From Cyclobacteriaceae bacterium (GTDB taxonomy: Bacteria > Bacteroidota > Bacteroidia > Cytophagales > Cyclobacteriaceae), in assembly GCA_965223915.1 (NCBI GenBank), contig OZ245027.1, positions 109,646 through 173,645 of the forward strand: DNA of 64,000 nt. Direction: 5' to 3'. The translations under genes were made by a program, and so were the position numbers. The notes under the pieces were generated by a model that was not told the origin of the DNA, searched no databases, and saw nothing but the letters and a program-made list of their open reading frames with translations. Numbering within the stretch: the first letter of the stretch is position 1; each line of letters begins with the position of its first letter. Of this stretch, positions 9,303 through 19,249 are shown one piece after another.

Positions 9303-10037
9303 TCAATTTTCCGGGACAGCCGGAGGACCTTCCACATCAGAGGGTTTTTCCGGTTCGTCTCTTGTAATAAAATAGGTGGCGACCCCTCCGGCTACTACCA
9401 GTGGGACAACTTTTAGCAAAAAAGGAACACGAGGTTTGACAATGAAGACCGGGGAATGAACCTCCTGGTCTTTGTTCCTCGAATCAGTAATATAAAAACG
9501 GTATTTTCCAGGCTTTATTGAGGTGGGCATCTCTATGTTGGCGTCTCCCGTATTGGCCACCTCCGGCAATACCGCTTTCAGCTCCTCTCCCCGGTACAGC
9601 TTAAACTCCAGAATGTTGGAACTGGACCTGCCTGACCAGGCAAAGGTGTAACTCTTCCCACGCTTCAGGACCTGGTTTTCAGGAAACGCCTCAAACTCAA
9701 TGAAGGGCACATACACTTTACCTCTCACTTCCAACTCGATTTTACCTTTAAAGTCTGACCCCAGGTCTTTTCGGGCATTCCAGATGATCCGGTTATTGAT
9801 CCCGGGCCTGACCTCCAAACCGACATCACCGATTACCTCTTTTACCGGTGCAATGGTGCTATCTGTGAGCAGATAGAGATAGATGGAATATGTCCTGTCC
9901 TGCGTGGTATCTAAGAGGTCGTAGTGAACGATCAGGTTGTCCTGGGTCTGCTCAATGATGGTGATATCAAATTGCTGTGCCACACTGCTCAAACCCATCA
10001 ACATCATTGATAAAAGGTAGATGATCCGGTTTTTCAT
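9303..10037 (-). CDS. Type-I membrane protein of unknown function (signal peptide, two beta-rich modules, C-terminal TM anchor)
   Basis: 244-aa ORF with signal peptide MKNRIIYLLSMMLMGLSSVAQ. A C-terminal hydrophobic helix (FLLKVVPLVVAGGVATYFI) is followed by an acidic/Pro tail. The segment YTFAWSG...LEFKLYRGEE...GKYRFYITD vaguely recalls Kre9/KNH-like modules. Its start overlaps the stop of the giant gene by 4 nt. Confidence 0.6.
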   Translation of the reverse strand: MKNRIIYLLSMMLMGLSSVAQQFDITIIEQTQDNLIVHYDLLDTTQDRTYSIYLYLLTDSTIAPVKEVIGDVGLEVRPGINNRIIWNARKDLGSDFKGKIELEVRGKVYVPFIEFEAFPENQVLKRGKSYTFAWSGRSSSNILEFKLYRGEELKAVLPEVANTGDANIEMPTSIKPGKYRFYITDSRNKDQEVHSPVFIVKPRVPFLLKVVPLVVAGGVATYFITRDEPEKPSDVEGPPAVPEN

Positions 10038-13000
10038 AGCTTGCTTGATTTAATGACTCTGATCGTTTTGGAAACATCCGGCCATTCCAATTGGATGATA
10101 TACAGTCCGTCAGGCAATTCATGACCCCGCTGGTCATGCCCCGACCATTGATACTGTTGCTTGCCTCCATGTTCAAAGGCTTTAATTTCCCTGAAAACCA
10201 TCTGTCCACTGACGTTCACGATCCAGATATCCAGATGTTCTTTTTTATGGGCCACCATCAAAGGAATGGACAACTCCCGGTTAAACGGGTTTGGATAGAC
10301 ACCACCGATCTGGTTCGCTGAAGTGGTAAGCTTCCCATCCCGTGCATAGACTACTTTGAACTTCTTACCATTTTCCCAGTCAAAAGCATAGGATGAATTC
10401 ATACGCATATCGATGACCTCCAGGGTAGTCTGATCCACCAGGAAGCATGTACCCTCGATAGCTAAAAGCTTTTCAGCATCCCAGGATATATTGGCCTGGC
10501 CCGAGGTCTTATCCGATGCCATTTCAAAGGTCCATTCATACCCATTGGCCAATGGCACAATATCACTGGTGAAATGGGGTGCAAAGAATTCCGGATGGTG
10601 CGTGGTCATTTCCAGGTAGGAGATAAACCGGGGGACAGCAATCTCATCCAGGCGATCTTTTCCGTCCAGCGCTTCTTCCGACATACCCACACTGGAAACC
10701 TGTGTCTGTACACCCAGGGTGAGCTTCATGTCAAGCTTCCAGGCGAAATTCTCATCACTTTCCACTACCGTTCTGGCAGCTGCTTTTGAGGAGATCGGAT
10801 AGCTCACCGTACCGGCTGTTTCACAAAAGACGAAGACACCTTCCCAGGGAGCAAGGGTATTGGTGGTTTGATAGGAACCATTACTGAATCCATGGGCAGA
10901 ACCCAGAACCCGATCCGGATTTGCTGCCTGGATGGCATCCCAGCTGATTTCAAAGGGATATGGGTTACCGATCTGGTTCCAGCCTTGCCTGAACGATTTG
11001 GTGAAAGGGTTGTCCTGATTACTCCCTACTGCAGTACCCTCGTCAATATTGATGGTAAAATCCTTCCTGACAGTATTGAACCAGTATGCATTTCCCAGAT
11101 CGATACGGCTGCTGGTGCTGAGTTCCAGATATTCTGTTTGCCCATTGTAGTGGAAAACCCGCCAGGTAACCTGGTTTTGTTCTCCCAGTGCCTCTGAGAA
11201 TACATCACTCAGGAGGTTGTTATTTCCAAGGTCATAGGGGATGGAAAACATCCGATAAGTGCTCGTCTTTCCATCAAAACTGGCTCCCGCAAAAGGAATA
11301 GTGGCATCCTGTGGCACTGGTCTGTAAAGGAAAAAGTGTACCGGGCTTTCGGTGATATTCCCCACAGCGTCTTCGGCGATGATATAGCCTTCCATACCCA
11401 GCTCATCTGCCCAGGCCTCCTCGGTGTTTACGCTATAAGTATTGCCGCTGCCATCCGTCATTTCAATGAATTCAAAATCGGTTCCGGAAATGGGTTTGTA
11501 GTACAGCATGGCCGTAGCGACCCCTGAACCTCCATCAGTAACGGTAGCCGATATGGTTTCCCCGAATTCACCTGATGGATTGGTAATTATTGGAGGATCT
11601 GTGTCCACGGTACCACTTTCTTCTAAAGTTGTTACGGACTTCTCAAGAGAGTTTGCGGATACACCGGAAGCATTTACCGCACGGACCCGATACTTATATG
11701 CGGTTTCGGGAGTTAATCCGGTAACAGATTCTTCCAGTCCTCCCGTCACCACAAGCGCTTCATAGCCTTCCACGTAGGTAGTAAAATTATCCACCGAAAC
11801 ATCGAGTTGATAGCTTGCAGCCCCAGTGGATGCATTCCATGAAGCTGAAAAACTGGAACTGGCAATCTGTGTTGGATCCTGAAGGACAGGAGCCGGGGAA
11901 ATCGTTATCGCACTGCTCTCAAGTGGGTCAGTCGCCTTATAATTTAAACTGGACCCACTCCCATTATAACCAAAAACATCGTAAAAGTAGACGCGCCCTG
12001 CTTCCAATCCGGTGCTTGAAAAAGTGGTGGTACTTCCAACATGGATCACCGTGCTGGTACCTAATACTTCGTCGGGACTGTAGCTTGTGCCATCAACAGG
12101 TGTTTCTGTTGGTGATGAGGATAGCCGTCGTAAGACCAGATAGCCATCAGCAGCGGTTGCGGTGAAAGAACCATTCATCGAGGTTGTCGTAATGCCATCC
12201 AACAAAAGACTGGTAGGCGATGCACTTGGTTCGTTTGCCAGGGTTGTTTGGCTTCCCGTAAGGGGCACAGCGGTAAGGTAGTGGGTAGAGACTCCGGTTC
12301 CATTGTAGGCATAAACTGTATAAAAGTATTCAGTATCCGGGTCCAAACTCTCATTGGTGAATGTCACAGAAGAGCCTACAAAGGCTATCGTGCTTGAGCC
12401 AAGATTATCATCTACTGCATAGACAGTACCATTCTCTGGCATCTCTCCTGGAGCGGAGACGGCTTTTCGAAGCACCAGATAACCATCAGGTGTGCCAGTA
12501 GCTGCCGTAAAGGATGCTGCCATTGAAGAAGGAGTGACGCTACTGAATTCTAATGATGTGGCTTGAGCGACTGGCTGGTCGGCCAGCGTAAAGACGCTTC
12601 CTTCGAGTGGCAAATCAGCCAGATAATTGATATTGGGACCAGCACCATTATATGAAAATATAGCAAAGTAGTATTCCGTTGCGGCAGACAGGCTGGTGAC
12701 ATCAAACGAGGTTCCAGTTGATGCATATACCACCGTTCCATCCCCAATGGGGTTTCCGGCTACATATTCGGTTCCATCAGCAGGAATTCCCGTAGGCGCT
12801 GCCCCTGATCGCATCAAGATTAGATATCCGTCCGGAGTACCAGCCCCTGCCATAAATGATAAGGAGACGGAAGACTCAGCAATGACATCGAAGTTCAGTG
12901 AAGTTGGTTGTCCTACAGGCTCATTAGTTAAAGTCGAAATGGAAGCAGGATTTCCACTCACATCATCGAGATTGTAATTTTCCAGACCACCGGATCCATT

Positions 13001-16000
13001 GAATTCAAAGACTTTCAGGTGGTATAATGTTGCTTCTGATAGTCCGGTGACTGAGACAGGTCCACTTCCGATGCCAACAATGAAATTTGATGCTCCCAAA
13101 TCAGCTCCATTGCCGAATACTGCATTTGCCGTATAAGAAGAACCATCCGATGGGGTTTGATCTACCACTGATCCTTCCTTCATGACCAGCAGTCTTGAGG
13201 TGCCGTCACCATCTGTAAAATCCACCGTTATTGAAGTGGTCTCAAGAGTGGAAAAAATGAGGGATGAAGCTTGAGTTGAAGGTTCTGCCTCATAAGTTGT
13301 GGTGTTACCTTCAAGTGGGGTGGTCTCCAGATAATTGATTGTACTACCACTTCCATTAAAAGAAAAAACAGCATAATAGTAGTCAGTAGCAGGAGATAGT
13401 CCTGTGTCGTCAAAGCTGGATTCACTGCCAGTAGATACAATCACAGCATCTCCCAATGTATTCCCTGCCGAGTAAGAAGTACCATCTGCTGGTGTACTCG
13501 TAGGAGCAGATCCTTCTTTTCCTAATACAATATACCCGTTTGGTGTCCCGGTAGCAGCTGTAAATGAGCCGGACAAGGAAACGTCCGTCAGACTGCCTAA
13601 CGTGAGTCCGGTGGGTTGGTTTGAAGGTTCGGCGGAAAGTGTTCCAACCGAATTGGGGTTGGCTGTGGCAGCAGAGACATTGTAATTTTCCAATCCTCCA
13701 CTTCCATTGAACTCAAACACCCGGAAGTAATAGGTGGTAAAAGTAGAAAGTCCCGTTACAGTGATAGGACCACTTCCAGCACCCACCACATAGTTAGAAG
13801 ACCCCAAATCATCCCCGGATCCAAATACATTGTTTTCTGTGTAGGAATTCCCATCTACAGGGAATACATCCACCGCACTACCTTCTTTGGCAACAACCAG
13901 GCGTGAATCCCCGTCTCCATCTGTGAAATCAATGGTGACCTCACCCGTCTCAACACCGGAAAATACGAGGGAAGAGGTTTGGGTTGTAGGTTCTGATGCA
14001 AGTGTGGTTACATTTCCTTCTAGTGGTGAGGTTGTGAAATAATTAGTAGAGGAATTAACCCCATTGAAGGAGAATATGTCATAGTAGTAGGTAGTATTTG
14101 CTGATAAGCCGGATTCATCAAATGTTAAATCTGAGCCTACATGCACCACCGTGCTCGAACCAATGATTTCGTCAACTACATATTCAGTATTATCTTCCGG
14201 TGTATCCGTCGGAGAAGATCCTGTTTTACGCAAGACAACATAACCATCCGGTGAGCCCGTCGCTGCCGCAAAAGATGTTGTAAATGATGAGGAGGTTATT
14301 GATGATACTGAAAATGAGGTCGCTTGATTGGAGGGTTCTTCATCCAGCAAGGCGTAAAATTGACCCCATACTTCGATCTCATTATCGATTGTGGTAGTCC
14401 AATCATCATCTCCATGCCAGGTAATTAAATACTCCCTATAAATTGGATTATAAGCTATTGCTGGACTTGATGCTGAATAAGTAGCGCTTCCAGTGCCCCC
14501 AGCATCTGAAATGCGGAAATCATTAGAAGTATCTTCGTCACCTGAAATCTCAAGGACTTGTCCAAATATTTCATTTTCGCCATTCACCAAACCTCCAGAA
14601 TTATCATCCCCGCTCCAAACAGTGAAGAATTTAACCAAGTTTGGATCATATGCAACTTTGGCATTAGCTCCATCAAAGTTTACATTACCATCGGGTCCCA
14701 TGTCACTAATCCTGATGTCATCCCCCGATGAAACACCCGTACTACTTGTAATAAAGTGAACAAAAATCTCATTCTCACCAACAGTGATACTGTCTCCATG
14801 GTAAATCACAAGATAATTGTTGTCATTTTCATTATGGACCACAGAAGGATTATTTGCTGAAAATGCGGTGTTTCCATCATTTCCCAGGTCACTAATTTGT
14901 TGGTCGAAACCCAGTTCATTACCGGTCGATCCATCTAGACGATGTGCCCAAATTTCATATTCATTGTCTGCCGCATAGGGATGATCCCCATACCAAACTA
15001 CAATGAATTCATTTGTTGATGGATTGCTATTCCAGGTAATACTTGGACTTAATGCAATGTAACTGGAACTGCCTAATTCACTGATAAGGGTAGGTGAGCC
15101 ATAAAGGGTTCCATCACTATTCACCTGTTGACTAAATATTTCGAATTCATTATCTGTATCATCGCCATACCATACTACCATGTACCTGCCAGAAGTCGAA
15201 TTGTACGCTACGTCAGGTTCAAAAGCACCATACAAATCAGAATCATCAGTTCCCATGTAACTTATTCGGAAGGGGTCATTCGTTTTCTGCAAGGTATCTG
15301 GATCCATAAACTGACCCCAAATCTCATATTCGAAATCTCCAAACCCATCTCCTCCTTCATTTGCATACCATACTACAAGAAATGCGGTGTCTGAAGCTAT
15401 TATTGAGGGACTTAAAGCATCATAGCTTGCACTAGATGAACCATTGGTATCACTGATTTTTATATCAGTTCTTCCGGGATCTGGATTTGCATCCAATAAT
15501 GCTCTGGTATCACCATCAACAAACTGGCCATAAATTTCAATTTCACCCGTCACGGAACCTTCCCATACTACAAGGTATATCCCACCAGGGTAGGTAGTTG
15601 GATCTGATGTAGGACAAAACGCAATTGCTGAATTTGATCCACTGTAATTAGCAGCATCTCCGTCCGAGCCCATATGGCTTATTCTCAAATCAGAAGCTCC
15701 AATTTCAGGATCAATCGTAATTGGAAAAACTGCATCCTTCAAATTATCATAATCAATATCTATAGATGTTCCAGCTGGATTGACATCCATTGATGCAACA
15801 ATCTCTGTTCCGTTGGCGTCAAAAGCGAAAACATTACCAAGGGATACAACACTGGAAAAACCAGACCACGTCCATCCGCTTTTTGATGCCTTGAACTTAC
15901 CATCGGATTGAATCTGGCCAGATATTTTAAGTGATTGACCAGAACTGAGGTTTGGAAGCTCATCGATTACGAAGATCTGCTCAATTGAGTTTGATTTAAT

Positions 16001-16339
16001 TAAGTATTCTTCACGCCAACCTGCATGATCGTAAATGATACTATTACTTTCAGCTGAGTAGTAAGGTTTATTTGGATAAGTCTCTGAATTCGACCAGTGC
16101 CATGATAATTTTCCATGATGAAATTCAACTCCAGGGCCATTCATTGAAAATAAATAATCGAATTCCTTATGACTTATTATAAGTCCATTCTCATTTTGAA
16201 CAACCCTAACGGCAGGATGATTATTAATTTGAGGTGAATTAAGCTTAATAACCTGGTCGTAGTATATGACCGATGACATAACTACAACCAGACCTGTCAA
16301 AAAAATTAATATAGGGCGAAATGTAATCATGAAGAACAA
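10034..16339 (-). CDS. 2101-aa T9SS-sorted cell-surface repeat protein (7 propeller-like repeats, ~8 FN3-like modules, C-terminal sorting domain)
   Basis: Uninterrupted 6.3-kb ORF with an N-terminal signal anchor. Seven repeats of the form [FI]RISDMG.DG....P.VAYN....YLVVW.GDD...E.EI.GQ span aa ~215-662. FN3-like modules span aa ~667-1572. The last ~85 aa (VYPNPFNRELSIPL...LYIIQLEWPDVSKTIRVIK) look like a type A T9SS C-terminal domain. Confidence 0.9.
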   Translation of the reverse strand: MFFMITFRPILIFLTGLVVVMSSVIYYDQVIKLNSPQINNHPAVRVVQNENGLIISHKEFDYLFSMNGPGVEFHHGKLSWHWSNSETYPNKPYYSAESNSIIYDHAGWREEYLIKSNSIEQIFVIDELPNLSSGQSLKISGQIQSDGKFKASKSGWTWSGFSSVVSLGNVFAFDANGTEIVASMDVNPAGTSIDIDYDNLKDAVFPITIDPEIGASDLRISHMGSDGDAANYSGSNSAIAFCPTSDPTTYPGGIYLVVWEGSVTGEIEIYGQFVDGDTRALLDANPDPGRTDIKISDTNGSSSASYDALSPSIIASDTAFLVVWYANEGGDGFGDFEYEIWGQFMDPDTLQKTNDPFRISYMGTDDSDLYGAFEPDVAYNSTSGRYMVVWYGDDTDNEFEIFSQQVNSDGTLYGSPTLISELGSSSYIALSPSITWNSNPSTNEFIVVWYGDHPYAADNEYEIWAHRLDGSTGNELGFDQQISDLGNDGNTAFSANNPSVVHNENDNNYLVIYHGDSITVGENEIFVHFITSSTGVSSGDDIRISDMGPDGNVNFDGANAKVAYDPNLVKFFTVWSGDDNSGGLVNGENEIFGQVLEISGDEDTSNDFRISDAGGTGSATYSASSPAIAYNPIYREYLITWHGDDDWTTTIDNEIEVWGQFYALLDEEPSNQATSFSVSSITSSSFTTSFAAATGSPDGYVVLRKTGSSPTDTPEDNTEYVVDEIIGSSTVVHVGSDLTFDESGLSANTTYYYDIFSFNGVNSSTNYFTTSPLEGNVTTLASEPTTQTSSLVFSGVETGEVTIDFTDGDGDSRLVVAKEGSAVDVFPVDGNSYTENNVFGSGDDLGSSNYVVGAGSGPITVTGLSTFTTYYFRVFEFNGSGGLENYNVSAATANPNSVGTLSAEPSNQPTGLTLGSLTDVSLSGSFTAATGTPNGYIVLGKEGSAPTSTPADGTSYSAGNTLGDAVIVSTGSESSFDDTGLSPATDYYYAVFSFNGSGSTINYLETTPLEGNTTTYEAEPSTQASSLIFSTLETTSITVDFTDGDGTSRLLVMKEGSVVDQTPSDGSSYTANAVFGNGADLGASNFIVGIGSGPVSVTGLSEATLYHLKVFEFNGSGGLENYNLDDVSGNPASISTLTNEPVGQPTSLNFDVIAESSVSLSFMAGAGTPDGYLILMRSGAAPTGIPADGTEYVAGNPIGDGTVVYASTGTSFDVTSLSAATEYYFAIFSYNGAGPNINYLADLPLEGSVFTLADQPVAQATSLEFSSVTPSSMAASFTAATGTPDGYLVLRKAVSAPGEMPENGTVYAVDDNLGSSTIAFVGSSVTFTNESLDPDTEYFYTVYAYNGTGVSTHYLTAVPLTGSQTTLANEPSASPTSLLLDGITTTSMNGSFTATAADGYLVLRRLSSSPTETPVDGTSYSPDEVLGTSTVIHVGSTTTFSSTGLEAGRVYFYDVFGYNGSGSSLNYKATDPLESSAITISPAPVLQDPTQIASSSFSASWNASTGAASYQLDVSVDNFTTYVEGYEALVVTGGLEESVTGLTPETAYKYRVRAVNASGVSANSLEKSVTTLEESGTVDTDPPIITNPSGEFGETISATVTDGGSGVATAMLYYKPISGTDFEFIEMTDGSGNTYSVNTEEAWADELGMEGYIIAEDAVGNITESPVHFFLYRPVPQDATIPFAGASFDGKTSTYRMFSIPYDLGNNNLLSDVFSEALGEQNQVTWRVFHYNGQTEYLELSTSSRIDLGNAYWFNTVRKDFTINIDEGTAVGSNQDNPFTKSFRQGWNQIGNPYPFEISWDAIQAANPDRVLGSAHGFSNGSYQTTNTLAPWEGVFVFCETAGTVSYPISSKAAARTVVESDENFAWKLDMKLTLGVQTQVSSVGMSEEALDGKDRLDEIAVPRFISYLEMTTHHPEFFAPHFTSDIVPLANGYEWTFEMASDKTSGQANISWDAEKLLAIEGTCFLVDQTTLEVIDMRMNSSYAFDWENGKKFKVVYARDGKLTTSANQIGGVYPNPFNRELSIPLMVAHKKEHLDIWIVNVSGQMVFREIKAFEHGGKQQYQWSGHDQRGHELPDGLYIIQLEWPDVSKTIRVIKSSKL
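11624..14341 (-). repeat. Tandem FN3-like coding modules in two alternating sequence types (A and B), order A-B-A-B-A-A-A plus one canonical FN3
   Basis: Type A consensus: EP.NQ.TSL.F......S.SF.AATGTPDGYLVLRK.GS.PT..P.DGT.Y.......G...V..GS...F...GL...T.YYY.VFS.NG.G...NY. Type B consensus: EP.TQ.SSL.FS..ET..IT.DFTDGDG.SRLLV.KEGS.VD..P.DG.SYT.N.VFG.G.DLG.SN..VG.GSGP..VTGLS..T.Y..KVFEFNGSGGLENYN. Confidence 0.7.
14354..15697 (-). repeat. Seven tandem ~60-aa coding repeats (putative beta-propeller blades) inside the giant gene
   Basis: Repeat cores: LRISHMGSDGD..YLVVWEGSVTGEIEIYGQF; IKISDTNGSS..FLVVWYAN..EYEIWGQF; FRISYMGTDD..YMVVWYGDDTDNEFEIFSQQ; LISELGSS..FIVVWYGD..NEYEIWAHR; QQISDLGNDG..YLVIYHGD..ENEIFVHF; IRISDMGPDG..FFTVWSGDD..ENEIFGQV; FRISDAGGTG..YLITWHGDD..NEIEVWGQF. 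Confidence 0.7.
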
Positions 16340-16349
16340 ATCATTTTCG

Positions 16350-18191
16350 TTACAAACAACCTACAATAGTTCCGGAAGCATTTAAGCAATTTTGCAATAT
16401 CGAATGATCACTAGGTGTACCAGGCCCTGGCAAATCCGCCCGAACTCTAAAAAAATATTTCAAAGTTGGAGCACCTGGGGGAAAATTTGTGGCATTAATA
16501 GGAATGGTATCAGCAACTATCCATTCTTCAGTGGATTTTTCGGGCCAAAGAGGGTTAATTACACTAGTGAAATTATCTGATGACCACTCAACCTTATAGG
16601 TAATAACTGAATTGGTATAATCCGGAGGTGTTACAGTATCATCCACATCGGGAATATATACCCATGACACGATCACTGAATCTTCGTCAGCGGGTTCATT
16701 CTCCAGTTTTTCAACAGCCACTATTGGCATAGGAGTTGTCCCATCAGGATCTACATAATCAGGGTTATAGCTTACTTTAATCTCAGAAGTACATTCACAA
16801 ATATCAATTTGACTATTCCCATTATCATCAGTAGAACACCCAGCCCAATATATATCTATACTTGGATTTCCACCGACCAATACCCGGGTCGATTTAATAT
16901 TACCTGAGGGATCAAAAATACGCAATCCAATGGCTTGATTTCTGAGCATTCTGGCTATAGCATGAACAGTACTATCCGGAGAACCGCAAATTCCAGGACA
17001 TCCTGGTCCAATCAGGTAATCATTTACATGACCCGGTACAGCAACCTCTAATCTAGCCCCGGTTTCAAATGGATCACTATTTGGATTGAAAATCTTGGTA
17101 CAAGAGGGATTCGTAAATTCCTCATCCATGTTGTAAACTGAGAAATGAGATATTTTTGCTTCATATACTTTGATTTCACCAAGCTCCTGGTCTTTAATTG
17201 TGATTAATCTCCCTCGATTAATATTTCCTGTCCACTTATCCTTATCATCTTTCCATTCACCGGTTTTCTTATCATAAATGAGAAGTGGAATTGTCTCTGG
17301 TAACTCGCCTTTCAATCCATTCGCAGCTACTTGTTCCACAGGAATTCTGAGCGTAGCATACTTTCCTTTCTTGAGTTGCATTGGTTTATTGTCTTGAAAG
17401 AAATTGATATCGGCAGCTCCGAAGGTTTGCATAAAACCAGGCTCTCCTTCAAGACTCCTGTAAGTATAATCACCAGGCATACCATCGGGATTATAAATAT
17501 CCACGGTACTGAGAGACCCGGTAATACCCTTTCTTTTATTTTGATTCAAAGAAAGAAATGAAGCTTCACTTGCTGCATCTACTTCCAGGTCATCAAGATC
17601 AATCTCCACAGATGCACCTTGATTTTGGGGAATAAACTGGTCCATGGCTTCATAAGTCTGGCCAAGCTCCAGGTATGAACCAAATCCTGTCAATCGCCCC
17701 TGTTTGAAGATAAACGGGATAGTGTCCAAAGGCGAGGAAATCATGGACACACTTGTACTCAGAGGTGCAGATTCCGGAGGAGGAGGCGTTGTATCTTCAA
17801 TCACTACCACACCTTCTTCATCCGCCTCAGTTGCCAGGTCTTCCACGACCGTAGCAGTGGTCATGGTAATCGTGATTTCCTTCGTCGGCTCCTGGTAGAT
17901 CTTCGAGACCAGCCCGAAACCCAGCTTTTCAATGTTTAATACATACCTGGGATTTTCTTTCTGTATCTCCGTATTGATGCAAAACCGCCCGTCTTCGTCT
18001 GTGGTCGTGGTTTCACCTCCGATTTCTACAGAAGCATCAGCCACAGCAGCTGAATCCTGGTCAAGCACCACACCTTCAAAGTTGCATGCTGTTGGTTTAT
18101 CTCCATTACAGCTGATCAGGGTTAGCAATACACCTATGAGCACTCCAATAAATAGTGCCAGTGTTCGTAATAAGTAAAATTTTCTCTTCAT
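16350..18191 (-). CDS. Lipoprotein with an N-terminal carboxypeptidase-regulatory-like domain and a C-terminal FN3-like domain
   Basis: Start moved to ATG 18191 (MKRKFYLLRTLALFIGVLIGVLLTLISCNG; lipobox LISC). GVVLDQDSAAVADASVEIGGETTTTDEDGRFCI resembles a CarboxypepD_reg fold. The stop lies 10 nt from the start of the giant gene. Confidence 0.75.
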   Translation of the reverse strand: MKRKFYLLRTLALFIGVLIGVLLTLISCNGDKPTACNFEGVVLDQDSAAVADASVEIGGETTTTDEDGRFCINTEIQKENPRYVLNIEKLGFGLVSKIYQEPTKEITITMTTATVVEDLATEADEEGVVVIEDTTPPPPESAPLSTSVSMISSPLDTIPFIFKQGRLTGFGSYLELGQTYEAMDQFIPQNQGASVEIDLDDLEVDAASEASFLSLNQNKRKGITGSLSTVDIYNPDGMPGDYTYRSLEGEPGFMQTFGAADINFFQDNKPMQLKKGKYATLRIPVEQVAANGLKGELPETIPLLIYDKKTGEWKDDKDKWTGNINRGRLITIKDQELGEIKVYEAKISHFSVYNMDEEFTNPSCTKIFNPNSDPFETGARLEVAVPGHVNDYLIGPGCPGICGSPDSTVHAIARMLRNQAIGLRIFDPSGNIKSTRVLVGGNPSIDIYWAGCSTDDNGNSQIDICECTSEIKVSYNPDYVDPDGTTPMPIVAVEKLENEPADEDSVIVSWVYIPDVDDTVTPPDYTNSVITYKVEWSSDNFTSVINPLWPEKSTEEWIVADTIPINATNFPPGAPTLKYFFRVRADLPGPGTPSDHSILQNCLNASGTIVGCL

Positions 18192-18494
18192 AGTGATTAG
18201 TGTTGGTGGTTTCAGTACCTGTGATTGATCTGTATCATTGAGGTACTGGTTAAATGGTTCCTTGCTATCTAATTTAAGAAAAAAATGAATGTCATATACA
18301 CAGTCAGGCATATTTGTGACTTATTCAATAAACCGGCTTTACGCTCAAATATTGAATGTTTCGCTTCGATAAAGAAATTGAATTCTGCGTGGGTACGTGA
18401 ATATTTTGCAGATATCACAAATGTGGAGACCTCCCACGAATGAAACGACCGGAATAATACCAAACCGGTTTAGCCAAATAGTTGTTTTTGCAAA

Positions 18495-18528
18495 TAAAAA
18501 AGCCTGAGCAATTATTGTTACCCAGGCT
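18495..18528 (-). terminator. Putative intrinsic terminator (minus strand) upstream of the lipoprotein/giant-gene operon
   Basis: Plus strand reads aaaaaaAGCCTGaGcaattattgttaCcCAGGCT. On the minus strand this is a 7-bp GC-containing stem (one mismatch) followed by TTTTTT. Confidence 0.4.
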
Positions 18529-19176
18529 ATTATGATGAATTAAATTATGCTTATTGCGCAGGTATTTCTGCTACTGTCTTTATTTAGTATCCATAGTTTT
18601 GATCAACAGTCTATTTTTTTGACATTAAGAAATGCATGAAGGTAAAATTGCAACTCAAGGAATACTGGAAAGATGAAATCAAAACATAGACGATATCAAA
18701 CTTTGTGGAGCTAAAGAATTATCGCTGAGGAATACTGGTTGTAACCTCCTGGCTTACATATTTCACGTAAAACTTCGGGTTGGTTACGGAAGAGAAAAAG
18801 GCAATGGACATTAAGAACAATACGGCCAGCAGGACCCTGGCTTTGGTAGATACTTTACTAAATCCGATGAAATTCATAGCGCTGTTTTTTGGTTGGAAAA
18901 TAAAGACAAAGCTACTTGGGCAAACAGTATGCCAGAATACTGCGAAATACGTAAAGTTTATTCGGTGAAATACTGATGCCTGGTCAGGGGATTGTCTTAG
19001 TTCAAGACAATTGCATGATTCTCCCCTCATTTCTCCCAGCTTCTCCGTCAACGACACTGAAAATAGTCTAATTATCCTCGTGGACGATGCTGCAATAGTT
19101 CCGATAGGGACGTCCTGTCAGTAGAAATGAGAAATAATATGGGTTGAGCTCCGTAGGAGCGGCCTGTACCCATGAG

Positions 19177-19249
19177 TTTTCACCAATACAATCTGATGCA
19201 CAATCCGTCAGAAGTGTGTTGGCCTGTCATGGGACAGGCCATGGAGAGG
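19177..19249. repeat. REP-like elements (degenerate family A plus family B copy) in the glpK leader
   Basis: 19218-19249 (gttGGCCTGTCatggGACAGGCCatggagagg) is nearly identical to 7693-7724. 19177-19200 (ttttcaccaatacaatctgatgca) resembles the 3' half of family A. Confidence 0.7.

Noticed and set aside
11624-14341. Periodic ~345-bp repetition; is it a CRISPR array or satellite?
   Set aside because: The periodicity is at the protein-module level (FN3-like domains) inside an open reading frame. There are no short identical direct repeats with unique spacers.
10091-15963. Dozens of short ORFs on both strands inside the 6.3-kb giant gene
   Set aside because: The 2101-aa frame is uninterrupted, repeat-structured, and ends in a T9SS sorting domain. 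The others are shadow ORFs.
18719-19057. 112-aa minus-strand ORF
   Set aside because: Cys/His-rich upstream half with no motifs. Only the last 52 codons (one TM helix) look at all protein-like, so I kept it as a low-interest note rather than a feature.
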